A program made the translations under genes and the position numbers. This document shows positions 1 to 9,257 of a stretch of 64,000 bases of DNA, piece by piece (position 1 is the first letter of the stretch; each line of letters opens with the position of its first letter). Origin of the DNA: an uncultured delta proteobacterium (GTDB lineage Bacteria; Desulfobacterota; Desulfobaccia; Desulfobaccales; 0-14-0-80-60-11); contig CAWETI010000003.1 in the NCBI GenBank assembly GCA_963812015.1, positions 192,001 to 256,000 on the forward strand. Reading direction: 5' to 3'. The notes beneath the pieces are model-generated. The model had not been told where the DNA came from, ran no database searches, and was given only the letters and a program-made list of their open reading frames with translations.

Positions 1-344
1 GGGGCAGGGCCGGAAAAGACCAATGGGGGAAGACCACCCCTCTTAGCAGGGTTGATGCGGGATTTTGGTGGGGATTGGCCGCCGCAGGGAGCTTTGGGGT
101 CCTCTTAAGCTTAGGGACAAAGGGCAAAGTAATTTGAGATTTGATCAAAGGTGGATAAAAAAATAATTAAAATGTTGAATTAAATTAAAATTAGATGTAA
201 TGGTGAAATCAGTTGGTAAAAAAAGTCTTGCCGGACCTTTATGCTAACTCTGAGAAAACATTCCAAGGAGGGAATGTTGATGAAAAATTTTGGCCGATGG
301 AACGTTAAAAGCCAAATCCGGCACCGGTAAACGAGGATTCTCGT

Positions 345-1919
345 ATGCGTGGGAATCCTCGTTTGCTTTGGGGGACGCCCTCCCCGCGGCTGACTGTGGT
401 GGCGCCGGGGCTCGACCCGGCAAAACCGGCTCACCGCCGGGAGGCCCAGGTTTTCTCCCTGATGGCCTTGATGTTGGGATTGGCCTACCTGATCTGGCTT
501 GGCCGGCTGGTGTTCGCCAGTCGGGGGTCGCCGGACATCTCTTTCTTTGTTGCCGAACTCCTGTCTTATCTTCTCCTCTGCCTCTTGAGTTACAGTACGT
601 GGCACCCCCGGAATCACTCCGCTGAACAGCCGGTGGCCAACGTCCGTTTCTCGGTGGACATCTTTGTGCCATGCTGCGGCGAACCGGAGGAAATCATCAC
701 GACTACTCTCCGGACCGTCGGTCAGATAACCTATCATCCCCTGGAAGTCTACGTCCTGGACGACGCGGGGTCCCCGGCGGTGGCGACCCTGGCCCAATCC
801 TTGGGATTTCATTATCTCTCCCGCCCTCGGGAAGGTCTGCCTCACCAAAATTCCAAGAGCGGCAATCTCAATTTCGGTCTGAGTCGCAGCCACGGGGAAT
901 TGGTTCTGGTCCTGGACGCGGACCAGGTGCCGGCTCCGGAAATCCTGGCCCGGCTGGCGCCCTTCTTTCACCAATCCCAGGTAGGCTATGTTCAGAGCAA
1001 GCAATCTTTCTTCCTGCCGGAAGGTGATCCTTTCTATAACAGCGATAAGGTATTTTACGAGACCATCCAGTTGAGTAATGATCAGGCCAACGCGGTGATC
1101 TCCTGTGGTTCCGGGGTGTTGTATCGCCGCCAGGCCCTCCAGGAGATGGGGGGATTCGCCACCTGGAACCTGTTGGAAGATTTCACTTCGTCTTATGAAT
1201 TGGCCAGCCGGGGTTGGCAGGGAGTTTACTACCCCCACGCCCTCTCCCGGGGACTGGCCCCCTCAACCCTGGCCGGGGTCTATCGCCAGCGCTTTCAATG
1301 GTGCCTGGACACCATGCGCCTTTTCTTTTGGGATAACCCCCTATTTAAATCCGGTCTCTCCTGGCCCCAGAAGACTCATTTTCTCATCATCATGTTGAGT
1401 TATCTGGCCAGCGGGGTGGTATTCCCCGTGTTTTACACCATTCCCCTCTTGGTTTACTGCCGCGGTCAATCCTGCGTCCTGGGTGATGAGCTGATCTACG
1501 GTCTCCTCCGAGGCACCTATCTTCTGGCCACTATCTTGATGTTCCGTTATCTCTTTTTCGGCAAAGAACCTCTCAGGCAGTTCAAAATGTTGTGCAGCCT
1601 GTTTCCGGTGCATGCCCTGGCCATCGTCGTGGCCTTGCTCTATCCTCCGGGTCGCAAACCCGTTTACCGGGTGAACAATCTTCGGCCTTTTGCTTCTCGG
1701 GGATCATGGTGGCATCTGGCCCCCCATGTGGGATTCATAGCCTTGCACGTGAGCCTGCCGTTGCTGGCCCTCTGGCTGGCATGGGGCCCCCCCCGGCTGA
1801 TTTTTTTCAACTCCATATTTTCCGCTTCCATTATCTGGATTTTGGGGGACCTGGTGTTGGCGGCCATGATCAGGCCTAACTGGCGCCCCGGCATGGACCC
1901 GAGGCAGGTGTATGGCTAG
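345..1919 (+). CDS. Processive GT2 glycosyltransferase, cellulose-synthase (BcsA)-like, no PilZ domain
   Basis: N-terminal TM helices; VLDD, SKSGNLN, DADQ, ED and QRFQW (QxxRW-like) motifs; C-terminal TM helices. Start codon uncertain. Confidence 0.85.
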   Translation: MRGNPRLLWGTPSPRLTVVAPGLDPAKPAHRREAQVFSLMALMLGLAYLIWLGRLVFASRGSPDISFFVAELLSYLLLCLLSYSTWHPRNHSAEQPVANVRFSVDIFVPCCGEPEEIITTTLRTVGQITYHPLEVYVLDDAGSPAVATLAQSLGFHYLSRPREGLPHQNSKSGNLNFGLSRSHGELVLVLDADQVPAPEILARLAPFFHQSQVGYVQSKQSFFLPEGDPFYNSDKVFYETIQLSNDQANAVISCGSGVLYRRQALQEMGGFATWNLLEDFTSSYELASRGWQGVYYPHALSRGLAPSTLAGVYRQRFQWCLDTMRLFFWDNPLFKSGLSWPQKTHFLIIMLSYLASGVVFPVFYTIPLLVYCRGQSCVLGDELIYGLLRGTYLLATILMFRYLFFGKEPLRQFKMLCSLFPVHALAIVVALLYPPGRKPVYRVNNLRPFASRGSWWHLAPHVGFIALHVSLPLLALWLAWGPPRLIFFNSIFSASIIWILGDLVLAAMIRPNWRPGMDPRQVYG

Positions 1920-4900
1920 TATTTCCTATGGCTTTATTCTGATTCTGCTCATATTCCTATTCCTTCTGGGGATGATCTTCTTTATCGCCTGGAAGACTGA
2001 CAAGCTCCGCTGGTTGATCTGGATTCTGCCGTTTTTCTTCCTAGGGGCGATCTTTTCCCTTGCCTGGAGTCAGGATCATGACTTCTGGCGATCCACCCAG
2101 GCTTTATACCGAGGGGCCCAGAAGGCCGCGGCGCAAGGCGACCAGGCTCGCGCCCTGGAACTGGCCCGGAAGGCTTGGGCCCGGGACCCGAATAGTTCTG
2201 AGTATGGGGTATTCCTGGGCCGGGTTTATCTCGACGCCGGCCAGGTGAAGGCGGCCCTGGAGATTTCCCGCCAGATGATGGAACGCAACCCGGGGCCTGG
2301 CGCCTTGATCATCCATGCCCAGGCCCTGGATCGGTTGAGCCAGACCAAAGAGGGGTTGGACGCCCTGGCCTGGTACCTCCAACAACAACCCGATGAGCGA
2401 AGCATCCTGGCGACCGCGGCCGGTATTGCCGCCAGCCATGAGGAGTTTTATCCCCTGGCGGCCACGTACTATCAGCGGCTCTACCGGTTGGACCGCGACC
2501 CCCAGGTGCGCCGGGCCCTGGTGAAGCTGCTGGCGTCTCTGGATCGGTATAAAGAAGCCATTCCCCTCCAGGAAGAGGAAGTGGCAGAGTTTGCCGATGA
2601 CGGGGAGGCCCTCCATTTTCTGGCCCTGCTGCATTATTGGCAGCGAGATTACCAGGTGGCCAGTGACATCTACCAGCGCCTGCTGGAGAAGGGCGCCGAA
2701 AATTCCAGCCTGCGTTTGGAGGCGGCCAAAGCCGCGGATGCCGCCCAAGATCGCGACCGGGCCCTGAATCATTATCTCAAGCTCTATGCCCGGCATCGGG
2801 GCCAGAAGGAATACGCTCTGCCCCTGGCCCGGCTCTGGGCTCAGAAGGGCAACCATGCGGAAGCCGCCGGGGTTCTGGGCCCTCTGATGCGCCAGCAGCC
2901 CGATCCCGAGTTGCGGCGCTGGTATGCCCTGGAGCTGCTCCTCATCGGGGATTTCGACAAGGCCCAGACGGAATACCACAAAGCCTGGGAGGACGGCGAT
3001 ACCCACCAGGAGACCGTCATCAACCTGGCCCGCCTCTATGCCCGGAAGAAACGCTTTACCAAGGCCGCGGGCATGTGGGACGAAGCCGCCCGGCGGCAGC
3101 TCATCAAGGGGGAGTTGCGCTGGGAAGCGGCCGTTACCTATTCCTATGCCCACCGTTATCAGGATGCCCTGGAAATCATCGCACCCCTGCGTCAACAGAA
3201 CACCAAGGACCCAAAGTTGCTGCTTTTTTCCGGGCAACTCCAGTTCTACCAAAAGCACTGGGGGCAGGCGGCGCATTATTTTTCCACCTACCTGGAACAG
3301 AACCCGCAGGACGTGGAGGTAAGGCGGCAACTGGCCGAAGTCTTGTCTTTTGATCCTGACACCCGGGATGCGGCCTTGAGCCAATACGCCGAGGTTCTGA
3401 AAATCAAGGATGACGTCAATCTGCGTCTACGGCGCATCAGTCTTCTCCTGGAGGACCGGCGCTGGGACCAGGCGGCTCGGGAACTGCAGGAATGCCCGGC
3501 CCCGGAGGACCCCCGCCTCATCCGGGAGGAGGCCCATCTCTACCTGTGGCTGGGCGACCTGCCGGCTGCCCTGAAAAACTATGATCTCTTCTTGAAAAAA
3601 TCCCCTGGGGATCGCGACGGCCGCCTGGAAAAGGCCCGGGTCCTGACCTACCTGGGGCGGGGGGGCGACGCCCTGGAACTCCTGAACCGTCTGCGGGTGG
3701 AACAACCAAAAGACCCGGAGATGCGAGTGGCCGCCATTGAGGCCTACCTCTCCATCCGGGATTTTTCCAAGGCCCTGGCCCTGGCGCAGAAAGAGCTGGA
3801 ACCCTTACCCAACCTGACCCTGGAGGGACGGGCTTTGGTGGCCCGCTGCTACGCCCATTCGACGGAGACGGCCCATCTGAACCGGGCCGTGGATCTGCTC
3901 ATCGAAAATCTCAGGAAAAACCGCTATCACCAAGCCTCTCTCCTGATTATGGCCTCCATCTTACCCCGGCTGCCTCAGTATGAGGACCTGAACCGGGTGA
4001 TGAATCGCCTCCCGGGCATCCAGGTGGGTGGTCCAGAACATGCCGCGGCGCTGGCCTATTTTGACGGTGAGATGGGGCGGCAGGCCGGCAAACTCAATTA
4101 TCTGCTGCACGTGCTTCAGGAGTATCGGCGTCACCGGCAGCCGGACAGCCCCGGCGAACTCCTGGCCCTGGCCGGGCTGGCCATGGAGTTGGACAACCGG
4201 GCCGCCGCGGTAAGATACTACGAGCACGCCTTGAAGCTCCGGCCCCAGGATAAATCCATCGCCAAACTCCTCCTGCAATGCCAGATGGCCCAGAAGAATT
4301 TTGGCCAGGCCCTGAAGTTAATGGAGGAAGACCGGGACAATCCTGCCGCGCCCCTGGAGATGGCCCGGGTTTATCTCATGCGGCGCCAATTTGATGGCGT
4401 TAAGGCCGTGGTGGCCAAAATCCCGGCGGGTTCGCCGGATTACTCCCAGGGGCTGCTGCTTCTGGTCCGGGCCTACCGGGGGGAACAGAACTATCCGGAG
4501 ACCCTGCGCACCCTGGCCCAACTGGAGGGCAAGATTCCTCCGGCCGACTACCTCATGGAAAAGGCCAGAACGCTGGAAGCCATGGGAGATAAGGGCGCGG
4601 CGACGCTCTACCAGGAAGTCATCGCCCTGAGCCCCGAATCCCCGGTAGCCAAGGTGGCCAAGGCCCGGGAGGACCGCTCCCAGGGCAATTTCGGCGCGGC
4701 CTATAAGGATTTTGCCCAGGCCCTGCAAGACGCACCCCAGGATATTGAGTTGCTCAATGAACTGGAGGATGTCCGCCAGCAGATGCGGCCCCAGATGGCC
4801 TCCCGGGGCTTCCCCGGCTCCCGGGGGGAGCGCCGCCCCGAAGAGGCCCAACGTCCCTGGCAATTCTCCGGTATTGGCCGGGAGCCCCGGGGATTGGGCC

Positions 4901-6024
4901 TCAGCAATTATCTGCCGGCCTTTATCTCCGATGTTTTGCCCATCGTCCAACCCGAATCCCTCTTCCTCACCGACAGCAACAAGCTCTATGGCGGCATCTT
5001 CCGGATCGCCGGCGGCTTCTGGATCACCAAAGTGCTGCCGGCCCAACTGGGAGTGGAATACCGGGAATACAATCAGAATAATCAGTTTGTCAAACAGGGA
5101 ACTCTCAACTTGGGCCTGGACAAGGTGTATGAGCAGCAAACCGTGGCAGCCAGCCGCCTGCGCCGGGCCGAAGTCAACCTGGGCCTGGGGCCCCTGGCGG
5201 TGGATGACCGCCTGAGGCTCAGCGGTGAACTAATCCTGCGGCGGTATTGGAGGCGAGATGACTTTACGATTAACCAACGGGGGGAGTACACGATTCCGGG
5301 TTACTGGAATGCACTCCACACGGTCTTCATCGTGCCCCAAACCGTTACCAATGTGACCAGGAGCACGGGGTATACCACGACAGATGACCAGAACCGCCTC
5401 CTGGGCACCCTGGAGCTGGGTTTCACCCCCTGGGCCCGCACCGATGCCACCTTAAGATATAGCCGCCGGGATATCTTTGACCAGGATGCCTACCTGTTTC
5501 CCCGCCTCTACCAGTCGGTGCTCAATCTCACCGAAGCCCGCATCACCACCTATCAACAGGCGGATCTGTCGTACAACCACCAGTTCCAACCCGGGCTGGA
5601 CTGGCGGGGCAACCTCGGGGGCGCCTTCTATTCCGATCAAAACCGGCGCCTCACCCTGTATCAGGGTTTAAAATGGGAGGCCGTGGGTCAACCCCGTATG
5701 CACCTGGACTTCACCCCCCACTACTTCCTGGCCTCGTATAGCCAGCGCCACGAAGCCTATTTCAGCCCGGCGGCCTACCATGCCATCGGGGTGGGGGCGG
5801 ATTTCGACCGGCAGATCTTCCGCCTTCCTACCCTGATCCTCCAGGGAACGGTGCAGGCGGTGAGCCAGCATGGGGATTGGGGGCCGAGCCTTCAGGGCCT
5901 GGCGGCCCTGGAATGGGAGTTCGTCCAGAACTTCTATATGGACATCCATGCTTTCTATTTCCGGGAGTATGTGGATAACTATCGGCTCTTTACCGCGGGG
6001 GCGTCATTCCGCTGGCGCTTTTAA
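1912..6024 (+). CDS. Large TPR protein with C-terminal beta-barrel (BcsC/PgaA-like polysaccharide export protein)
   Basis: About 950 aa of TPR-like helical repeats, then amphipathic beta-strands ending in ASFRWRF; overlaps the GT2 stop codon. Confidence 0.7.
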   Translation: MASISYGFILILLIFLFLLGMIFFIAWKTDKLRWLIWILPFFFLGAIFSLAWSQDHDFWRSTQALYRGAQKAAAQGDQARALELARKAWARDPNSSEYGVFLGRVYLDAGQVKAALEISRQMMERNPGPGALIIHAQALDRLSQTKEGLDALAWYLQQQPDERSILATAAGIAASHEEFYPLAATYYQRLYRLDRDPQVRRALVKLLASLDRYKEAIPLQEEEVAEFADDGEALHFLALLHYWQRDYQVASDIYQRLLEKGAENSSLRLEAAKAADAAQDRDRALNHYLKLYARHRGQKEYALPLARLWAQKGNHAEAAGVLGPLMRQQPDPELRRWYALELLLIGDFDKAQTEYHKAWEDGDTHQETVINLARLYARKKRFTKAAGMWDEAARRQLIKGELRWEAAVTYSYAHRYQDALEIIAPLRQQNTKDPKLLLFSGQLQFYQKHWGQAAHYFSTYLEQNPQDVEVRRQLAEVLSFDPDTRDAALSQYAEVLKIKDDVNLRLRRISLLLEDRRWDQAARELQECPAPEDPRLIREEAHLYLWLGDLPAALKNYDLFLKKSPGDRDGRLEKARVLTYLGRGGDALELLNRLRVEQPKDPEMRVAAIEAYLSIRDFSKALALAQKELEPLPNLTLEGRALVARCYAHSTETAHLNRAVDLLIENLRKNRYHQASLLIMASILPRLPQYEDLNRVMNRLPGIQVGGPEHAAALAYFDGEMGRQAGKLNYLLHVLQEYRRHRQPDSPGELLALAGLAMELDNRAAAVRYYEHALKLRPQDKSIAKLLLQCQMAQKNFGQALKLMEEDRDNPAAPLEMARVYLMRRQFDGVKAVVAKIPAGSPDYSQGLLLLVRAYRGEQNYPETLRTLAQLEGKIPPADYLMEKARTLEAMGDKGAATLYQEVIALSPESPVAKVAKAREDRSQGNFGAAYKDFAQALQDAPQDIELLNELEDVRQQMRPQMASRGFPGSRGERRPEEAQRPWQFSGIGREPRGLGLSNYLPAFISDVLPIVQPESLFLTDSNKLYGGIFRIAGGFWITKVLPAQLGVEYREYNQNNQFVKQGTLNLGLDKVYEQQTVAASRLRRAEVNLGLGPLAVDDRLRLSGELILRRYWRRDDFTINQRGEYTIPGYWNALHTVFIVPQTVTNVTRSTGYTTTDDQNRLLGTLELGFTPWARTDATLRYSRRDIFDQDAYLFPRLYQSVLNLTEARITTYQQADLSYNHQFQPGLDWRGNLGGAFYSDQNRRLTLYQGLKWEAVGQPRMHLDFTPHYFLASYSQRHEAYFSPAAYHAIGVGADFDRQIFRLPTLILQGTVQAVSQHGDWGPSLQGLAALEWEFVQNFYMDIHAFYFREYVDNYRLFTAGASFRWRF

Positions 6025-6070
6025 GCCGTCGGCACGGTTTGTGGTGCAGTATTTCTTTGGCCAATCACCC

Positions 6071-6095
6071 GTAGGGGCGGTTCGCGAACCGCCCC
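6071..6095. repeat. GTAG-type REP palindrome
   Basis: GTA followed by the perfect 22-bp palindrome GGGGCGGTTCGCGAACCGCCCC; intergenic. Confidence 0.7.
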
Positions 6096-6131
6096 AAAAG
6101 GCTTGAAACCAAAGGTGATGGTTATCCTGAC

Positions 6132-7697
6132 ATGGGGACCTTTAAGGTGATTACCGCTGTGCAGACCCGTGTCCCTGCTGGCCATTCCTGGCCCCCGCGC
6201 TTCATTAGCTGGGGGTGCCTTCTCTTCCTGGCCATCAGTCTCCTGGGCCTGGGCGGCTGTGCCGAGGTGACCCGGCCGACCCCCACATTGCACCAAGAGG
6301 AAGACGCCCAGCTGGCCGCGGCCCGGCGCCACCCTTACCTCACCTGGTCCGGGGAACGGGTTTCCCGGGTCTTTCTCCGTCTGATGCCCTGGCTGCCCCA
6401 AACTCAGGGCCGCACCTATCCCTTTGTCGGTTTCAATTGGTGGGTGACCGCCACCGGCCAGGTGGCGGTGGACCAGGTCTGGTATCCTTCTCCGGCCCGG
6501 GATGCCGGTCTTCAACCGGGAGATGTCATTGTGGCGGTGAACAACTGGCCTTTGCCCACCTGGGTGGAGGACTGGGATAAGAGTATTGAGACCACCCGAA
6601 ATATTTTTCATACTTTTTCCCTGGCAGGGCTCCGCGCCCCCGCCGGGCGGACCTATCGCGCCCGCAACTCCAATACCCAAGCCATTGCCTATCTCCTTCC
6701 CGGTGAACTCCTGGCCGCCATGTTGCTCGACCTGAAGCATATCCGCATGGAGGCCCAGGAACGCTACCTTACCGGGCCGGTGGAACTCCTGGTGGACCGA
6801 GAGGGGAAAAAGTTCACCCTTACCCTCTACCCCCAGCGCCTGCCGGCCGAATACGCCATCCTGGTACAAACCCAGAACCGCAAGATCAATGCCTATGCGG
6901 CCCCGGGCAAGATCATCCTGACCCAGAGGTTGGTAAGTTTCTGCCTCAATGACGATGAGCTGGCCCTGATTGTGGGGCATGAGATGGCCCATCAGGTTCT
7001 GGGGCATCTGGTTCGGGGCGCCGCCCACCGGGAACTGGGGCAGATGCTGGGGGAAGTCATTACCGCCGTCAGCACCCTTTCCCTGGGGCGGCTCCTGGAC
7101 TGGAAACATTTCCGGGTGGACGCCAACGTGCGTCAGGTAGCCCAGGACGCCGTGGTGAGCGTCTTTTCCCAGGATGAGGAGCGGGAAGCCGACACCTACG
7201 GCGCCTGGTTTGCCTTTCAGGCGGGTTACAACATTGAGCGGGGCGCCGCCGTGTGGGAGCGGGTGGCGTCGGTGGATGAGAAGGACCCCTTTCTCACCAC
7301 GTATTTCCTCGATTCCCATCCGGCGCCCCTGGAGCGTCTGGCCCGCCTTAAGCTTATCGCCCAATACTTCAAGGCCGGCCGGGCCGCGGACATCTTTTTG
7401 CAAACCGCGGATTTGAACCGCCGGCCGGCGCCCCCCTTGTCCGACACCATTGGCGAGGACGCCCTGCCTTCCCCCCCAGCCCCCCCAGCGTCTGCCGCAC
7501 GGGGCCATGCCCCCCTGCCGGTTAGTTCAAGCCGCCGGGATCGAGACGGTCACCCAGGTCCCGCCGGGAGCGCTGTCTATCCGAATCTCGACCTGATAGG
7601 GGGCCAGGAGCCGCCGCACCATAAACAACCCCAAGCCGGCCCGGTCTCTGTCGGGGGTCCGCTTAGTGGTGAAAAAGGGATCGAAGATCCGGGATAA
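6132..7697 (+). CDS. M48 family metallopeptidase lipoprotein with PDZ-like domain (true end may be TAG 7523-7525)
   Basis: Lipobox LGGC; SPARDAGLQPGDVIVAVN (PDZ-like); INAYAAPG, GHEMAH, EREAD and SHP motifs of M48. Confidence 0.85.
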   Translation: MGTFKVITAVQTRVPAGHSWPPRFISWGCLLFLAISLLGLGGCAEVTRPTPTLHQEEDAQLAAARRHPYLTWSGERVSRVFLRLMPWLPQTQGRTYPFVGFNWWVTATGQVAVDQVWYPSPARDAGLQPGDVIVAVNNWPLPTWVEDWDKSIETTRNIFHTFSLAGLRAPAGRTYRARNSNTQAIAYLLPGELLAAMLLDLKHIRMEAQERYLTGPVELLVDREGKKFTLTLYPQRLPAEYAILVQTQNRKINAYAAPGKIILTQRLVSFCLNDDELALIVGHEMAHQVLGHLVRGAAHRELGQMLGEVITAVSTLSLGRLLDWKHFRVDANVRQVAQDAVVSVFSQDEEREADTYGAWFAFQAGYNIERGAAVWERVASVDEKDPFLTTYFLDSHPAPLERLARLKLIAQYFKAGRAADIFLQTADLNRRPAPPLSDTIGEDALPSPPAPPASAARGHAPLPVSSSRRDRDGHPGPAGSAVYPNLDLIGGQEPPHHKQPQAGPVSVGGPLSGEKGIEDPG

Positions 7698-8444
7698 CTG
7701 CGTCGGCGGGATGCCCACCCCGGTGTCGCCGATGCGCAGCCTAATCTGCCGGTCCTGGTAGGCCGTCACCACCGTCAGGCGGCGGCGGTCCACCCCCTCC
7801 ATGGCTTCCAGGGCATTATCGATGAGATTCCGGAAGCTCTGGCTAAAGTCGATATAGTGCCCAAAGAGTATGGGCAGGCTGGCCCCGAAGTGATATTCTT
7901 TGGTTACCTGGTGCTTGAAAAAGGGGTGGTCCAGATAGAGGTCCAGTTCCTGCTGATAGAGTTGATTGAGATCAAGGGAGAATTGCTCCTGGGAGTCCTC
8001 ATGCACCCCTTGCAGCACCAGACTCCGGGAGAAATCTTGCAGCCGGCCCAGTTCGGCGCGCCATTGCTGGAATTTTTCCTGGCGGTAGCGGTTCAAAGTC
8101 AGCAGCCGGTCAGCGCCGGACGGGGGGGATTTGGAGAGGATGTCCAACTCCTCCCGGGCTTTCTGCTCCATGAGGTCCAACTGAAACGACAGGACCTGGA
8201 GCGGGGTGTTCATCTGGTGGACAATGCCCAGGCACCGCTGGCCCACGCTGGAATGGCGATAGTAATGCACCAACTCGGTAAAGCTCCGCTCCAGGGCATT
8301 ATCGGCGGGGGAGTAATCCGGCGGCGCGGATGATACCGAGAGGGAATGCCAGGGCCCTGGCGAGGCCTCCGGCCCCGGGCCCGGCCCGGCCCTGTCCCCC
8401 GGGGAGTCAGGTTTCCTGCCGCCATCATTCGGAATATTATTCAT
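7527..8444 (-). CDS. Histidine kinase (HisKA/HATPase_c) without obvious sensor domain
   Basis: H-box GIVHQMNTPL, N-box NLIDNALEA, DTGVGI, IFDPFFTTK, GLGL. Start placed at ATG 8444 because the longer ORF overlaps the next gene. Confidence 0.8.
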   Translation of the reverse strand: MNNIPNDGGRKPDSPGDRAGPGPGPEASPGPWHSLSVSSAPPDYSPADNALERSFTELVHYYRHSSVGQRCLGIVHQMNTPLQVLSFQLDLMEQKAREELDILSKSPPSGADRLLTLNRYRQEKFQQWRAELGRLQDFSRSLVLQGVHEDSQEQFSLDLNQLYQQELDLYLDHPFFKHQVTKEYHFGASLPILFGHYIDFSQSFRNLIDNALEAMEGVDRRRLTVVTAYQDRQIRLRIGDTGVGIPPTQLSRIFDPFFTTKRTPDRDRAGLGLFMVRRLLAPYQVEIRIDSAPGGTWVTVSIPAA

Positions 8445-8645
8445 AGCACTGGGGTTACTCGCTTCCTGGCCCCTCTTGAGCCCTCTCCGGTTATTATCGG
8501 TTGCTTTACCGGTAACATGAATGAATGCCAGCGGTCGGACGAAGGGCTCAACACAGTCCTTGGCCCGGTCCACCTTTCCCTCCGTATCGGTCCTTTGGTA
8601 TAATAAAAACAGTTTTTCATCCCCAAAAATGCATGAGGTGAACCG

Positions 8646-9215
8646 ATGATTAAGCGAGAGGTTTGGTATTTCCGGGGCGTGGGTCCACAAAACACCCCGG
8701 CCTGTCTGGACCTGATGGACAAGGCCGTGGCCGCGGGGTTTCGCCACCTGGTGGTGGCCTCCACCACCGGCGATTCGGGGGCTCAGGCCGCCCGGCGTTT
8801 TCAGGGCAAGGACGTCAACCTGGTGGTGGTGGGGCATTCTGTCGGGTTCAAGGGGCCTAATACCGACGAATTCCTGGACGAGCATTACCAGGAGATTACC
8901 GGCCACGGGGGCAAGGTCCTCAAGGCCACCATCCTGACCCACTCCCTGGAGACGAGCCTGGCCGATCAATTTAAGGGCAGCGCCCCCACCCTGCTCATCG
9001 CCAATACCTTGCGGCGTCTGGGGCAGGGTCTCAAGGTGGGTTGCGAGATCGTCATGGAGGCGGTGGACGCAGGCCTGATCCCGGAAGGGGAAGAAGTGGT
9101 GGCCGTGGGCGGCACCGCCCGGGGCTGGGACACCGTGGCTATTATCAAGAGCGCCGCGTCCAAACGCTTCCTGCAACTCTCGGTCCTGGAGATCTGGGGC
9201 AAGCCCCGGGTGTGA
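8646..9215 (+). CDS. Pyruvate kinase C-terminal (alpha/beta) domain-like protein, MTH1675 type
   Basis: YFxxxGPQNT, VVASTTG, GQGLKVGCEI, AVDAG and GGTARGWDT motifs. Confidence 0.8.
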   Translation: MIKREVWYFRGVGPQNTPACLDLMDKAVAAGFRHLVVASTTGDSGAQAARRFQGKDVNLVVVGHSVGFKGPNTDEFLDEHYQEITGHGGKVLKATILTHSLETSLADQFKGSAPTLLIANTLRRLGQGLKVGCEIVMEAVDAGLIPEGEEVVAVGGTARGWDTVAIIKSAASKRFLQLSVLEIWGKPRV

Positions 9216-9257
9216 GACCGGCAAGGCCTTCGGGGGCGTATTGGCGCTAAGCCACCG

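Noticed and set aside
7471..7697. 171-bp convergent overlap between the M48 peptidase and the histidine kinase
   Set aside because: Adding one C in the C7 runs (7471-7486) or the C6 run at 7510-7515 brings TAG 7523-7525 into frame, ending just before the opposite stop. A homopolymer error is the simpler explanation.
8445..9224. N-terminal 260 aa of the 565-aa kinase ORF
   Set aside because: It is antisense to a well-supported plus-strand gene and has no domain character; the start was moved to 8444.
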